DNA of 64,000 bases. It comes from Candidatus Poribacteria bacterium. Lineage in GTDB: Bacteria; Poribacteria; WGA-4E; PCPOR2b. A program made the position numbers and the translations under genes. Positions within the stretch are counted from its first letter, which is position 1. Each line of letters starts with the position of its first letter. The notes beneath the pieces are model-generated. The model saw nothing but the letters and a program-made list of their open reading frames with translations, was not told the origin of the DNA and ran no database searches. Shown one piece after another: positions 42,601-52,846 of the stretch. The DNA lies in contig OZ240245.1 of assembly GCA_965198175.1 (NCBI GenBank), positions 1,568,001 through 1,632,000 of the forward strand, read 5' to 3'.

Positions 42601-43201
42601 TCGCATCATGCAATACGAAACCGATGGACTGCCGATCGATGCCCAAGTGAGCGGAGATTTTCTATACCTGCTAGATGAGACGACCCTGCAGATCGTGGAT
42701 ATACGAAACCTTGAGTTGGTTTCACGTTTCAAAAACTTGCGCTTTCCGTCGGGATTGACGGTCATCGGCGATGCGGTTTATGTTGCGGATCTCTATTCAC
42801 TCCGAATCTTCAAGATTAACGAACACCTGTTCGAGCTTTCGGTAAATGACCCAACTGTGTTTGGAGAACCGACCCGACTTGACAACACCATTCCGGGTTC
42901 GGCGCGGTACGTAAATGAGCTCGGGCAGAATTTCCCAAATCCGTTCAACCCCGAAACATGGATACCGTTCCGCTTGGCGCAGGACGCGAATGTCACCGTG
43001 AACATCTTTAACCGGAGTGGAGACTTAGTGAGAACAATCGAAGCTGGTCTCATAGAGGCTGACGTTTATGAAAACCGAAGCAAGGCGCTCTACTGGGATG
43101 GGCGCAATGAACTCGGTGAACGCGTGGCGAACGGAACATATTTCTACGCGTTAACCGCGAACCGCTTCTCAGCGACTCGGAAAATGGCAATCCTCAGATA
43201 G
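39602..43201 (+). CDS. Secreted zinc metallopeptidase (M30-like) with LVIVD repeats and FlgD-like C-terminal domain
   Basis: LAHEFAH...WLEEG; repeated AYIAD..GL.IID; QNFPNPFNPETWIPF...WDGRN. Confidence 0.8.
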   Translation: MRRCALLLLFCCIAHRVYAEPMHPSPPNGTHWRCGTPELIRHTTRPALQLPQIPAAPAPEVHLGQIDRFFTHIPEQLVKGTCIAIGEHIYIYIENSVLGLINEAQARDIAAEFDSRIYPQVHRWIGSEWKPGLDRDARITLFIHDVGLNDSAQDIGGYFSPTDQRRTDFNSNRREIIFADVFLLQERGRFILHALLAHEFAHLVNWYQNGGTTDERWLEEGIASFAEWAIYGNVHNIFVDGYLRDPSVSLTTGNTRDVYYGAAFMFLLYAFENYGGREFIRELARQDLLGINGINAALASLGRSERFADVFQNWAIANFVNEIRRGQIFGYDNLPNKRVERGVERAVNSYPSIRLDNLEDWGVRYVTFQNLPLQIEIALDGASKGEMYAQVARIPRRGTPSTNPLRFDENNNGRIELNNLNPTDKVILMATTNSAQSFRYAGTSDGNSGIVVGAPRPVDSSIVAPGTVTRAIGNRGQPIQKRSNISYKLEPMRQVHVSSSYQNVVVVGKYAYAASDWGLEIFDLAIPTQPARIGEIATPGNAQEVAVDGDTAYIADGAEGLQLINIQQPAAPQLIGTVKGFTFAHRIQIANGYAYTVDRENGLLIYDLQELHDAIEPKPISSFHTVGAALAVWVDGHTVYLSDRHQGFQILDFERIDIPAIIGKVDVIGFDFQVEDGYAYVASGDFRIVDVRDRFNPKVISTLRTPGTAANIKFRNGYVYLTDVEAGFYLIDVRNKLRPEFVARQSITGNAMGVSLFTPDDGTAIAYIAGEGGGLHTIDVSQLSNPQWLHRYDASGEAYGLDVVQVEGGGRMAYIADGSGGLKIVEIEEAFDATLTHYIPIDVTATDVRVEDGHAYIAAGEEEVLILDVRDVNRPNVIARISTSKPAMGVEIDNGYVYVCAGELIVIDVRNLNRIRIVARQRMAGNAHRVAIDGVHAYVAALDGGVQIFNVQNPAAPRAIASYETIGNATHVTVAEDRAYVLDSRAGVQFLDVAEPQRPVRIMQYETDGLPIDAQVSGDFLYLLDETTLQIVDIRNLELVSRFKNLRFPSGLTVIGDAVYVADLYSLRIFKINEHLFELSVNDPTVFGEPTRLDNTIPGSARYVNELGQNFPNPFNPETWIPFRLAQDANVTVNIFNRSGDLVRTIEAGLIEADVYENRSKALYWDGRNELGERVANGTYFYALTANRFSATRKMAILR

Positions 43202-43280
43202 GCAATATCGCTTGAGAGGGCTGCGTGCGGCATCTGGACGATTTCAAAGTTAAGAACAGAAGGTTACAAAGGTAAGGTAA

Positions 43281-46200
43281 ATGACACGAGACGAAGCATT
43301 GCGTATTTTGGGGTTAGAATCAAACGCGGCACTCGACGATGCGAAAAAAGCCTATCGTGACCTCGTGAAAGTCATACACCCAGACAAGGATTCTTCCCCT
43401 GGCGCAAATCAACGCTTTATAATTATCAAGGACGCATACGAAGTGATTACGAATCAACAAGAGCAAGGCGATTCTTCAAGAACGGAAAAGGCACGGAGAG
43501 AAAAAGAGCGAGAGCAAAGGGAAGCAAGAGCCAGAGCGGAAAAAGAACGCCAAGAAAGAGAAGCGAGGGAACAAAAGGAAAGAATACGTCAAGAAAAGGA
43601 GCGTGCGGAACGAAAGCGTCAGAGAAAAGAAAGAAAGGAGCAACAGGATAGAGAAGCCCATGCTGTTAGCTACTTTGAGCGTGGTGTGGAAAAAGTAAAG
43701 TTAGGGCAATATGCCGAAGCAATCAAGGATTTCGACGCTGCCATTGGGTTAAAACCAAATTATGTTGATGCCTACTATTGGCGAGGTTGGGCGAAGTATG
43801 GGTTAAAACAATACACTGCTGCTATTCAGGACTACGACGCTGCGATACGCTTGAAACCGGATTATGTTGATGCCCACTACGGGCGAGGTTGGGCGAATCA
43901 CAGCTTAGAACAATACGGTGCAGCTGTTCAGGACTACGGCGAAGCAATAAGGCTGAAACCGGATTATGTTGATGCTTACTATTATCGTGGTTGGGCGAAT
44001 CACAGCTTAGGACAATACGGTGCAGCTGTTCAGGACTACGACGCTGCGATACGCCTAAAGTCGAATTATGTTGATGCCTACTACGGGCGAGGTTGGGCGA
44101 ATCACAGCTTAGGACAATACGGTGCAGCTGTTCAGGACTACGACGCTGCGATACGCCTAAAGTCGGATTATGTTGATGCCTACTACTGGCGTGCTGAGGC
44201 GAATTATTGCTTAGAACAATACACTGCTGCTGTTCAGGACTACGGCGAAGCAATACGCTTGAAACCGGAGTATGTTGATGCCTACTACGGGCGAGGTAGG
44301 GCAAAGTATGGGTTAAAAAATACACTGCTGCTATTCAGGACTACGACGAGGCGATACGCCTGAAATCGCATTATGTTGATGCCTACTACTGGCGTGGTAG
44401 GGCAAAGTATGGGTTAAAACAATACACTGCTGCTATTCAGGACTACGACGCTGCGATACGCTTGAAACCGGATTATGTTGATGCCCACTACGGGCGAGGT
44501 TGGGCGAATCACAGCTTAGAACAATACGGTGCAGCTGTTCAGGACTACGACGCTGCGATACGCCTAAAGTCGGATTATGTTGATGCCTACTACTGGCGTG
44601 CTGAGGCGAATTATTGCTTAGAACAATACACTGCTGCTGTTCAGGACTACGGCGAAGCAATACGCTTGAAACCGGAGTATGTTGATGCCTACTACTGGCG
44701 TGCTGAGGCGAATTATTGCTTAGAACAATACGCGGCTGCTATTCAGGACTACGGCGAAGCAATACGCTTGAAACCGGAGTATGTTGATGCCTACTACGGG
44801 CGTGCTGAGGCGAATTATTGCTTAGAACAATACGCGGCTGCTATTCAGGACTACGACGCTGCGATACGCTTGAAACCGGATTATGTTGATGCCTACTACG
44901 GGCGAGGTTGGGTGAATCACAGCTTAGGACAATACGGTGCAGCTGTTCAGGACTACGACGCTGCGATACGCCTAAAGTCGGAGTATGTTGAGGCGCATTA
45001 CTGGCGTGGTAGGGCAAAGTATAGGTTAAAACAATACGCGGCTGCTATTCAGGACTACGACGCTGCGATACGCTTGAAACCGCATTATGTTGTTGCTTAC
45101 TATTATCGTGGTTTGGCGAATCACAGTTTAGGACAATACACTGCTGCGGTTCAGGACTACGACGCTGCGATACGCTTGAAACCGGATTATGTTGAGGCGT
45201 ATTACTGGCGTGGTAGGGCGAAGTATAGGTTGAAACAATACGCTGGTGCGGTTCAGGACTACGACGCTGCGATACGCTTGAAACCGACTTATGCCGATGC
45301 TTCCTACTGGCGTGGTAGGGCGAAGTATGAATTAAACCAATATGCGGACGCCCTCGCGGACTTGGACGAAGCCATACGTTTGAACCCGAATCATGACGCC
45401 GACTATCCACAAATCCTCGACTATCTTGATTGGGCAAATGAGGAGTTAAAGGACAAAGCCAAATATGAAGCTCGCCGCCACTATGAACGTGGCTGGGAGA
45501 ATACACTCGCAGGACAATACGCGGCAGCGATCTCGAACTTTGACGAAGCAATACGGCTTTATCCGAAGTATGCCGATGCTTACCTTGAGCGAGGCGAGGT
45601 AAAGTTGTTTCAGTTAAACCAATATGTGGATTCCCTCGCCGACTTTAATGAAGCAATTGAATGTGAAGGGGAAGGCACGGATTATGCCGATCCTGCGTAT
45701 GTATACTACTGTCGGGGACGGGCGATGTACGAATTAGGGAAATTTGATGCCGCTATAGACGATTATGACGAGGCATTAAATTTGGCACACGACGGTGATG
45801 TGTACGACTATTATGGGTATAATGAAATTCATGATGGGTATTTCGACATATACTACAACCGTGCCGAGGCGAAGTTTGGATTGGGTCGATTTGCTGATGC
45901 GATTGCGGACTACGACGAAGCAATTGCCTATCCCCCGAATGGTTCCGGATATGAGCGTGATATGGAGAATGCCTACTACAAGCGTGGCATGGCAAAGTTT
46001 AGATTGGGTCGATTTGCTGATGCGATTGTGGACTACGACGAAGCAATACGGCACAATGAAGATTATTTTAGGGGTCTTCCAGAACACTTGAAACTGCATT
46101 TAAAGCCGGATAATAGCGATGTCTACTACCATAGGGGAAGGGCGAAGTACAAACTGGGACAATACGCCGCTGCGGTCAAGGACTTTAACAAAGCAATACA

Positions 46201-46288
46201 CGTTAAATTAGTTTCTCGCATTGCCTATGTATATCGGCTTCTGACAAAGGCACGAGAAACAAAAAGAAAGCACGGCAATTCCTGCTGA
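43281..46288 (+). CDS. J-domain plus coiled coil plus long TPR array protein, split by a 1-bp deletion at 44315-44320 (ORFs 43281..44363 and 44462..46288)
   Basis: KKAYRDLVKVIHPDK; 34-aa TPR units; TTAAAAAATAC versus TTAAAACAATAC in sister repeats. Confidence 0.8.
43761..45391 (+). repeat. Tandem array of 102-bp TPR-coding units (15 near-identical plus 1 diverged)
   Basis: TATGTTG..GC and CAGGACTACG recur with a 102-bp period (one unit is 101 bp). Confidence 0.92.
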
Positions 46289-46402
46289 TCTTATATTAAC
46301 AAAACTTTTGGGGCGACGGTTTCCGTCAATGAATACAGGAACGGCGCAATCTCTACATGGGATAAACATGACAATCGTCATCAATAGTGAAGGGAATGGA
46401 CA

Positions 46403-48094
46403 ATGCAATTCACAGCGAAACAAGCAAATCTTCTGAAAGCCATCAAGTCTCTCCAGTCGCAAGCGGCGCGAGATAATCAGCTATCGTATATCTCCGATGT
46501 GCGTGTGCGCAGCATCGGAGTTGATAAGCTAGAGCTTTCAACCACAGACACAAAAATTACAATCGACGCGGAGGTTACGCAAGCGGGGACGGTAATTCTT
46601 CCCATCAAACGGCTGAGCGAAGTTATCCGATCGGGCGAAAGCGTCCAGTTCCGAATGCTGCCGGGTGAGCAAATGCAAGTGGATTGCGGAGGACAGACCT
46701 ACTACCTGAGCGCGTCTACCTACCACGCCACGCCTCCCACAACCCGAACGGCAATAGCGGTCGTCACCCCAAAAAGCCGTAAACTCCGCAATTCGATGTT
46801 AATCTCTACGATTGCACACGTTATCTTGGCTATCGCTATCTTCCTGTTCGCAAGGGACGATACGGACGTTATCGAAGATGCGATTGCGGTCGAGATGGTG
46901 AAGCCACAGCCGAAGGTTAGGCGTTTGAAAAGGATCAAGCCGAAACCGCCTGAACCGGTGCGTCAACCCGTGCAACCGATTACCCAGCCCGTTCGCGTGT
47001 CATCTGCTCCGCGAGTGGCTAGACCTGTCGCGGCAGCGCCAAGCAGTGTGTCGATGGAGGTGTCCCCATTAGTTCCAGATACGATTGTAGACAGTCCTGT
47101 AACGACGGTGGCAGACATCGAAGCCAAGCGTAACGAGGAGGTCATTGCCCCTGCAGTCGGTGGGCGTCGAGGTCCCAACACAGGACGCGGGACAGGTACA
47201 GAGGCGATTGACGGACGTGGTCGAAGCGGAACGGGCGGTATTGACTCGCTAGTGGGCTCGGTCGGGGCAGCCGACGCGGGTGCTGGAGGAAGTGGCGACG
47301 ATCCGTTGGCTAAAATCACTACTGTCCCAGATGATAAATTGGGCGCTATCCTGGAGGGTGAGGGGGCAGACATACAGGGGCATATCCGCTTCACTCGGTT
47401 AATACATTCCCTAGCAGATTGGTGGCAAGACCCGTCGGCGCTGCCAAGTTTCATGCGGTGGTTATCCGACAACACTCGGCTCCGTGCGGATATGAAACTA
47501 GAAGGAGGCGCCATGCGGATGACGGATCCACGAATCCTTGATGCGCCGATTATTGTGATGACGGGGCACGATAAAGAACTGACGACAAGCCGTAATCTGA
47601 TGCGGGGCGAACCGTGGATGGTCGGTTTCACGCCTGCGGAGCGGTCGGCGATGAGAAAGTATCTCGTGGAACGCGGCGGGATGCTCTTTTTCGATGATTG
47701 CGGGTTTAAAGGCTTGTTTGCTGCGCGTGTCGCTTATGAATTGAATAAAATCCTGCCAGAGTATCCACTTCAGTCTATACCCCATAGCCATGAGATTTAT
47801 TCCATCTATTATAAGCTATCCACCCCTCCGAATGGGTCTGATGTGTATTGGGGATCCGAAAATAATCCGAAAGTCACGAAGTTTAAGTTTCACAAGGGGA
47901 TTACAGTCGGGCGTCGTCTCGCGGTGCTGTACAATCGGAAGGATTATCTCTGTGCGATGGAGACAGCGGAAATCCCAAGTCGGACGATGCTGCGGATGCG
48001 TCGTTCCAGCGACGTGCATCGGTTCATGGTTAATATGTTCGTGTATGCGATGAAGTACGGGGGAAATACCGATCGATCCGCTTATAGGAAATGA
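46403..48094 (+). CDS. Membrane-anchored DUF4159-like protein with N-terminal beta-clamp(DnaN)-like domain
   Basis: MQFTAKQANLLKAI...AEVTQAGTVILP; TM LISTIAHVILAIAIFLF; Pro/Gly-rich linker; MTGH, YLVERGGMLFFDDCG and HEIYSIYY motifs. Confidence 0.65.
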   Translation: MQFTAKQANLLKAIKSLQSQAARDNQLSYISDVRVRSIGVDKLELSTTDTKITIDAEVTQAGTVILPIKRLSEVIRSGESVQFRMLPGEQMQVDCGGQTYYLSASTYHATPPTTRTAIAVVTPKSRKLRNSMLISTIAHVILAIAIFLFARDDTDVIEDAIAVEMVKPQPKVRRLKRIKPKPPEPVRQPVQPITQPVRVSSAPRVARPVAAAPSSVSMEVSPLVPDTIVDSPVTTVADIEAKRNEEVIAPAVGGRRGPNTGRGTGTEAIDGRGRSGTGGIDSLVGSVGAADAGAGGSGDDPLAKITTVPDDKLGAILEGEGADIQGHIRFTRLIHSLADWWQDPSALPSFMRWLSDNTRLRADMKLEGGAMRMTDPRILDAPIIVMTGHDKELTTSRNLMRGEPWMVGFTPAERSAMRKYLVERGGMLFFDDCGFKGLFAARVAYELNKILPEYPLQSIPHSHEIYSIYYKLSTPPNGSDVYWGSENNPKVTKFKFHKGITVGRRLAVLYNRKDYLCAMETAEIPSRTMLRMRRSSDVHRFMVNMFVYAMKYGGNTDRSAYRK

Positions 48095-48231
48095 GTGCAT
48101 GTTCCGTTCAACGTTTGATTCGTGATGCTCTTCGCGGCAGCCTGATGAGAGCGGTGTAGATGCTAAATTGGCATTGTAAGTCACAGCTCGAGAAAAAACT
48201 TGCCAAAACTCAAGAAACACTAAGAAAAGAC

Positions 48232-48261
48232 TTGACATACAACAATCAGGTTTGGTATACT
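48232..48261 (+). promoter_or_regulatory. str operon promoter
   Basis: TTGACA-18 bp-TATACT with TGn. Confidence 0.75.
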
Positions 48262-48470
48262 CTCATTCTCAATGCCATTTTACAATTTGATAAGGCATGA
48301 AGGGAGGGATTCTAAGCCAAGAACGCTTCAATAGTGTTTTTACGGTTTACTCATGATAAAGGACCATGTATGAGCCCCTTGAGTCCCCATGGGGCTTTAT
48401 TTATGCCTAACGGAAATTCACATAAAGCCCCTAACACCGCGTAGCCAACGACCAAATAATTGAGGGAAAT

Positions 48471-48836
48471 ATGCCAACGATAAATCAGTTAGTCAAAAAG
48501 TCTCGGAAAAAGAGTCGGAAGAAAAGTAAAGCGCCCGTCCTTCAGAACTGCCCACAGCGCCGAGGCATCTGTGTACAGGTCAGAGCCATAACGCCAAAAA
48601 AACCAAATTCAGCGCTTCGCAAAGTAGCTCGGGTTCGCTTCACAACGGGTTTCGAAGCGACCTGCTATATTCCGGGCATTGATCATAACTTGCAGGAGCA
48701 CTCTGTTGTTCTTGTCCGCGGTGGAAGAGTCAAAGATTTACCAAATGTCAGATATCATATCGTTCGCGGTGCTTTGGATACTGCGGGGGTTGAAAATCGA
48801 AGGCAGGCCCGATCCAAATATGGGGCGAAGAGGTAA
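48471..48836 (+). CDS. rpsL: 30S ribosomal protein S12
   Basis: [19 protein letters not shown]. Confidence 0.98.
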   Translation: MPTINQLVKKSRKKSRKKSKAPVLQNCPQRRGICVQVRAITPKKPNSALRKVARVRFTTGFEATCYIPGIDHNLQEHSVVLVRGGRVKDLPNVRYHIVRGALDTAGVENRRQARSKYGAKR

Positions 48837-48850
48837 TTAAGGAGTAAGGT

Positions 48851-49348
48851 ATGCCACGCCGCAAAGTCGGTGAGAAGCGAGAAATACTTCCGGATCCGAA
48901 GTATAACAGTAAACTTGTTGCAAAATTTGTCAATTGTCTGATGACCTGTGGGAAGAGAAGCCTTGCCCGGCGACTTTTGTATGAGAGCTTGGACATCATT
49001 GAGAATAAAACAAAGGAAGATGGGTTCGCGGTTTTCCGTCAGGCGATTAATAATGTTAAGCCTGTGCTCGAAATTAGATCGAGACGTGTTGGCGGACAAA
49101 CTTATCAGGTCCCTGTTGATGTTAGAGCTGAACGGCGAACCACGCTAGCAATTCGATGGATTGTCAAATCTACGCGCCGCGAGCGCGGATACGCCACTGT
49201 AAGCCAGCGCCCCGAAAAAACGATGCAAGAGCGACTAGCTGGCGAATTGTTAGATGCTTACAAAAATGAAGGATCTGCCTTCCGCAGAAAACTCGATCAA
49301 CATAGAATGGCGGAAGCAAACCGGGCATTTGCCCATTATCGCTGGTAG
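48851..49348 (+). CDS. rpsG: 30S ribosomal protein S7
   Basis: RSRRVGG.TYQVP, HRMAEANRAFAHYRW. Confidence 0.98.
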   Translation: MPRRKVGEKREILPDPKYNSKLVAKFVNCLMTCGKRSLARRLLYESLDIIENKTKEDGFAVFRQAINNVKPVLEIRSRRVGGQTYQVPVDVRAERRTTLAIRWIVKSTRRERGYATVSQRPEKTMQERLAGELLDAYKNEGSAFRRKLDQHRMAEANRAFAHYRW

Positions 49349-49396
49349 ATAGATGGATAATATCGTCCGGGCCAGTTTGGAAGGTGAATTTAGAAA

Positions 49397-51535
49397 ATGA
49401 CGCTTGCACAAAATGACCGTTCTGCATCCGCAAAACCGAAATTGATAGATCCGCGTCGGTTTCCGGTGGGTAATACGCGCAACATTGGCATTATGGCGCA
49501 TATTGATGCTGGAAAGACAACTATAACCGAACGGATACTATACTATACAGGTCGAGTCCATCGGATGGGCATAGTTGACGACGGCACTACCGCGATGGAT
49601 TGGATGGTCCAAGAGCAAGAAAGAGGGATCACCATAACAGCTGCGGCAACCGCATGCCGATGGAAGGACCACCGTATCAACATTATTGATACACCGGGGC
49701 ATATCGACTTTACCGTTGAAGTCGAACGCTCACTCCGCGTTCTTGATGGTGCCGTTGCTGTATTTTGTGCGGTTGGCGGAGTCGAGCCTCAATCCGAAAC
49801 TGTGTGGAGACAAGCGGACAAATATGAAATTCCTCGCATTGCGTTAATCAATAAGATGGATCGGACGGGAGCGGACTTTTTTCGAACTATTGAAATGATG
49901 ATTGAACGGCTCGGTGCACGTGCTATACCAATTCAGTTGCCTATCGGTTCAGCAGAGCGATTTGACGGTGTTGTCGATTTGATTTCACGCAAGGGTTTAA
50001 TATGGAATGAGGCAAGCCTCGGCGCCGTAATTGACGAAACAGCTATCCCTGAAGAAATGACAGAGATAGTTGAGGAGTACCGAGGGCAGATGGTGGAGGC
50101 AGTTGCTGAATGGGATAACGAGTTGCTGATAAAATACCTTGATGGAGTTGAACTTTCTGAGACGGAAATTAAAGCAGGCCTAAGAAATGCCACATTGAAC
50201 GGTCACGTTGTTCCGGTTCTATGTGGTGCCGCATTAAGGAACAGAGGAATTCAACCGTTGCTAGATGCTATCACTGACTATTTGCCCTCCCCCGTAGATG
50301 TCCCTCCAATGACCGGATTCCACCCCCAAACCCACGATGAAGAAAGACGTTCAGCCAGTGATGAAGAGCCATTTTCAGCATTAGCCTTCAAAATCATGAC
50401 GGATGAGCACGTTGGGAAATTGACGTTTCTCCGTGTTTATTCTGGGGTTCTAACCAAGGGTGCTGCCGTATATAATAGTACCCGTCTGAAGCAGGGGAGA
50501 ATCGGTAGGTTGATGCAAATGCACGCGAATAAACGCGAGGAACGTCACGCAGTTTATGCAGGGGACATCGCCGCTGTGATTGGGCTAAAGGATATCTCCA
50601 CCGGCGACACTATCTGTCAGCAGAATTTCCCCATTACTTTTGAATCGATAGTTTTTCCATCACCTGTCATGTCAATTGCGATTGAGCCACAAACGCAATC
50701 CGATGTGGACAAAATGAATCTAGCACTCTCGAAGTTGGCTGAGGAAGATCCAACTTTTAAGATTCATCAGGATACCGAAACGGGGCAGACGCTCCTGTCA
50801 GGTATGGGAGAACTGCACCTGGAAATCATCGTTGATCGACTAATTCGGGAGTTCAATGTTTGCGCCAATATCGGGAAGCCGCAGGTAGCTTATCGTGAAA
50901 CCATCCGGCGGCACGCGATGGCAGAGGGACGGTTTGTCAGACAATCCGGCGGACGCGGTCAATACGGACATGTTGTTCTCGAAATTTATCCTATGGCGAA
51001 GGGAACTGGATATGAATTCGTAGATGAGATAAAGGGCGGCGATATTCCGGGAGACTATATACCCGCTATTGATAAGGGGATTCAGAATGCAATGAACGTT
51101 GGCATTGTATGTGGCTATCCCGTCGTTGATGTTGGCGTACGTCTCTACGATGGTTCTTACCATTCCGTTGATTCCTCCGAAATAGCGTTTTCAATCGCTG
51201 CTTCGATTGCTTTCAAAGAGGCGATGAAGCAAGCAAACTCAATCTTGCTTGAACCCATCATGGATGTTGAAGTGATTGTGCCTGATAGCTACTTAGGCAA
51301 AGTTATCGGAGACTTGAATGCACGTCGAGCACAAATTCTCCGGACGGACACACAATCAAAATCTCACATACAGCTGATTCAAGCATATTGCCCACTTGCT
51401 GAGATGTTCGGTTATGTCAAAACCCTTCGCTCCTTAACACAAGGGCGAGCGACGTATTCAATGGAACTCTCGCACTACAGCGATGTTCCACAAAGCATTG
51501 TTCAGGAAATTCTTTCGTCAAAAAATCTATCTTAG
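49397..51535 (+). CDS. fusA: Elongation factor G
   Basis: [27 protein letters not shown]. Confidence 0.98.
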   Translation: MTLAQNDRSASAKPKLIDPRRFPVGNTRNIGIMAHIDAGKTTITERILYYTGRVHRMGIVDDGTTAMDWMVQEQERGITITAAATACRWKDHRINIIDTPGHIDFTVEVERSLRVLDGAVAVFCAVGGVEPQSETVWRQADKYEIPRIALINKMDRTGADFFRTIEMMIERLGARAIPIQLPIGSAERFDGVVDLISRKGLIWNEASLGAVIDETAIPEEMTEIVEEYRGQMVEAVAEWDNELLIKYLDGVELSETEIKAGLRNATLNGHVVPVLCGAALRNRGIQPLLDAITDYLPSPVDVPPMTGFHPQTHDEERRSASDEEPFSALAFKIMTDEHVGKLTFLRVYSGVLTKGAAVYNSTRLKQGRIGRLMQMHANKREERHAVYAGDIAAVIGLKDISTGDTICQQNFPITFESIVFPSPVMSIAIEPQTQSDVDKMNLALSKLAEEDPTFKIHQDTETGQTLLSGMGELHLEIIVDRLIREFNVCANIGKPQVAYRETIRRHAMAEGRFVRQSGGRGQYGHVVLEIYPMAKGTGYEFVDEIKGGDIPGDYIPAIDKGIQNAMNVGIVCGYPVVDVGVRLYDGSYHSVDSSEIAFSIAASIAFKEAMKQANSILLEPIMDVEVIVPDSYLGKVIGDLNARRAQILRTDTQSKSHIQLIQAYCPLAEMFGYVKTLRSLTQGRATYSMELSHYSDVPQSIVQEILSSKNLS

Positions 51536-51649
51536 CTCTATATTTCAAATCCTTTACCACTTCATGAATGGTAAAGCACCCTGATCGCCAGAGGCTGGCA
51601 GAGTAATGGGCGCCCGTTAAAATTCTTATGAATGTGAGGAGATTTACAC

Positions 51650-52846
51650 ATGGCAAAAGCAAAATTTGAGAGGACTAAACCACATGTCAACATTGGTACA
51701 ATTGGGCACGTCGATCACGGTAAGACCACATTGACGGCGGCGATTACAATGATCTTTTCAAAGCTTTCTGGAAAAGACTATGTTAAGACCTACGAAGAAA
51801 TTGACGCCGCACCTGAAGAGAAAGAGCGCGGTATTACAATCAATACAGCTCACGTTGAATATGAGACTGAGAGTCGACATTATGCTCACGTGGATTGTCC
51901 CGGACACGCTGATTACATCAAAAATATGATTACTGGGGCGGCACAAATGGATGGTGCAATCTTGGTGGTCTCCGCTGCTGATGGCCCCATGCCCCAAACC
52001 CGTGAACATGTCCTGTTGGCACGACAAGTAAATGTGCCTTCTATCGTTGTGTTTCTAAATAAGGCGGACATGGTTGATGACCCCGAACTTCTGGAGTTGG
52101 TTGAGTTAGAGGTTCGAGAACTCTTGACTGCATACGAATTTCCTGGCGATGAGATTCCTATCATTGCGGGTTCTGCACTAGAGGCGATGGAAAGCGGCGA
52201 CCCCGACAATGAAGCTAGTAAGCCAATTTTAGACTTGATGGGAGCCATTGATGCATATATTCCTGAACCGATAAGAGATATTGACAGGCCTTTCTTAATG
52301 CCCATAGAAGACATTTTTTCAATCACGGGACGGGGAACCGTTGTGACAGGGCGTGTGGAACGCGGTATAGTAAAGGTCGGAGAAACTGTTGAAATTGTTG
52401 GACTTCGACCGACCCATGACACGGTTGTAACCGGGGTTGAGATGTTTCGCAAGTTGCTAGATGAAGGGCGCGCAGGTGATAACATTGGTCTATTGCTGCG
52501 TGGTGTCGAACGCCAGGATGTTGAGCGGGGTCAAGTGGTGGCTGCGCCGAGTTCAATTACGCCCCACACAAACTTTGAAGCTGAAACCTATATCTTGAAC
52601 AAAGAGGAAGGCGGCCGTTGGACACCTTTCTTCAGTGGTTACCGTCCACAGTTTTACTTCCGTACAACGGATGTAACAGGTGTAATGCATCTTCCTGAAG
52701 GAGTGGAGATGGTTATGCCAGGCGATCACATCCATATCAGCGTTGAACTGAGCAAGCCAATTGCATTAGAGGAAGAACTCAGGTTCGCAATTCGTGAAGG
52801 CGGACATACTGTTGGGGCAGGTGTTGTTTCAAAAGTTATTGAGTAA
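51650..52846 (+). CDS. tuf: Elongation factor Tu
   Basis: [17 protein letters not shown]. Confidence 0.98.
   Translation: MAKAKFERTKPHVNIGTIGHVDHGKTTLTAAITMIFSKLSGKDYVKTYEEIDAAPEEKERGITINTAHVEYETESRHYAHVDCPGHADYIKNMITGAAQMDGAILVVSAADGPMPQTREHVLLARQVNVPSIVVFLNKADMVDDPELLELVELEVRELLTAYEFPGDEIPIIAGSALEAMESGDPDNEASKPILDLMGAIDAYIPEPIRDIDRPFLMPIEDIFSITGRGTVVTGRVERGIVKVGETVEIVGLRPTHDTVVTGVEMFRKLLDEGRAGDNIGLLLRGVERQDVERGQVVAAPSSITPHTNFEAETYILNKEEGGRWTPFFSGYRPQFYFRTTDVTGVMHLPEGVEMVMPGDHIHISVELSKPIALEEELRFAIREGGHTVGAGVVSKVIE

Noticed and set aside
43761..45391. Possible CRISPR array or DGR template/variable repeat pair
   Set aside because: Units are in-frame 102-bp coding TPRs without unique spacers; no cas or reverse transcriptase gene is present, and differences are block-wise rather than adenine-specific
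48142..48200. Hammerhead ribozyme (CTGATGA...GAAA)
   Set aside because: GAGC/GCTC stem II is followed by GAGA rather than GAAA, and I found no convincing stems I/III
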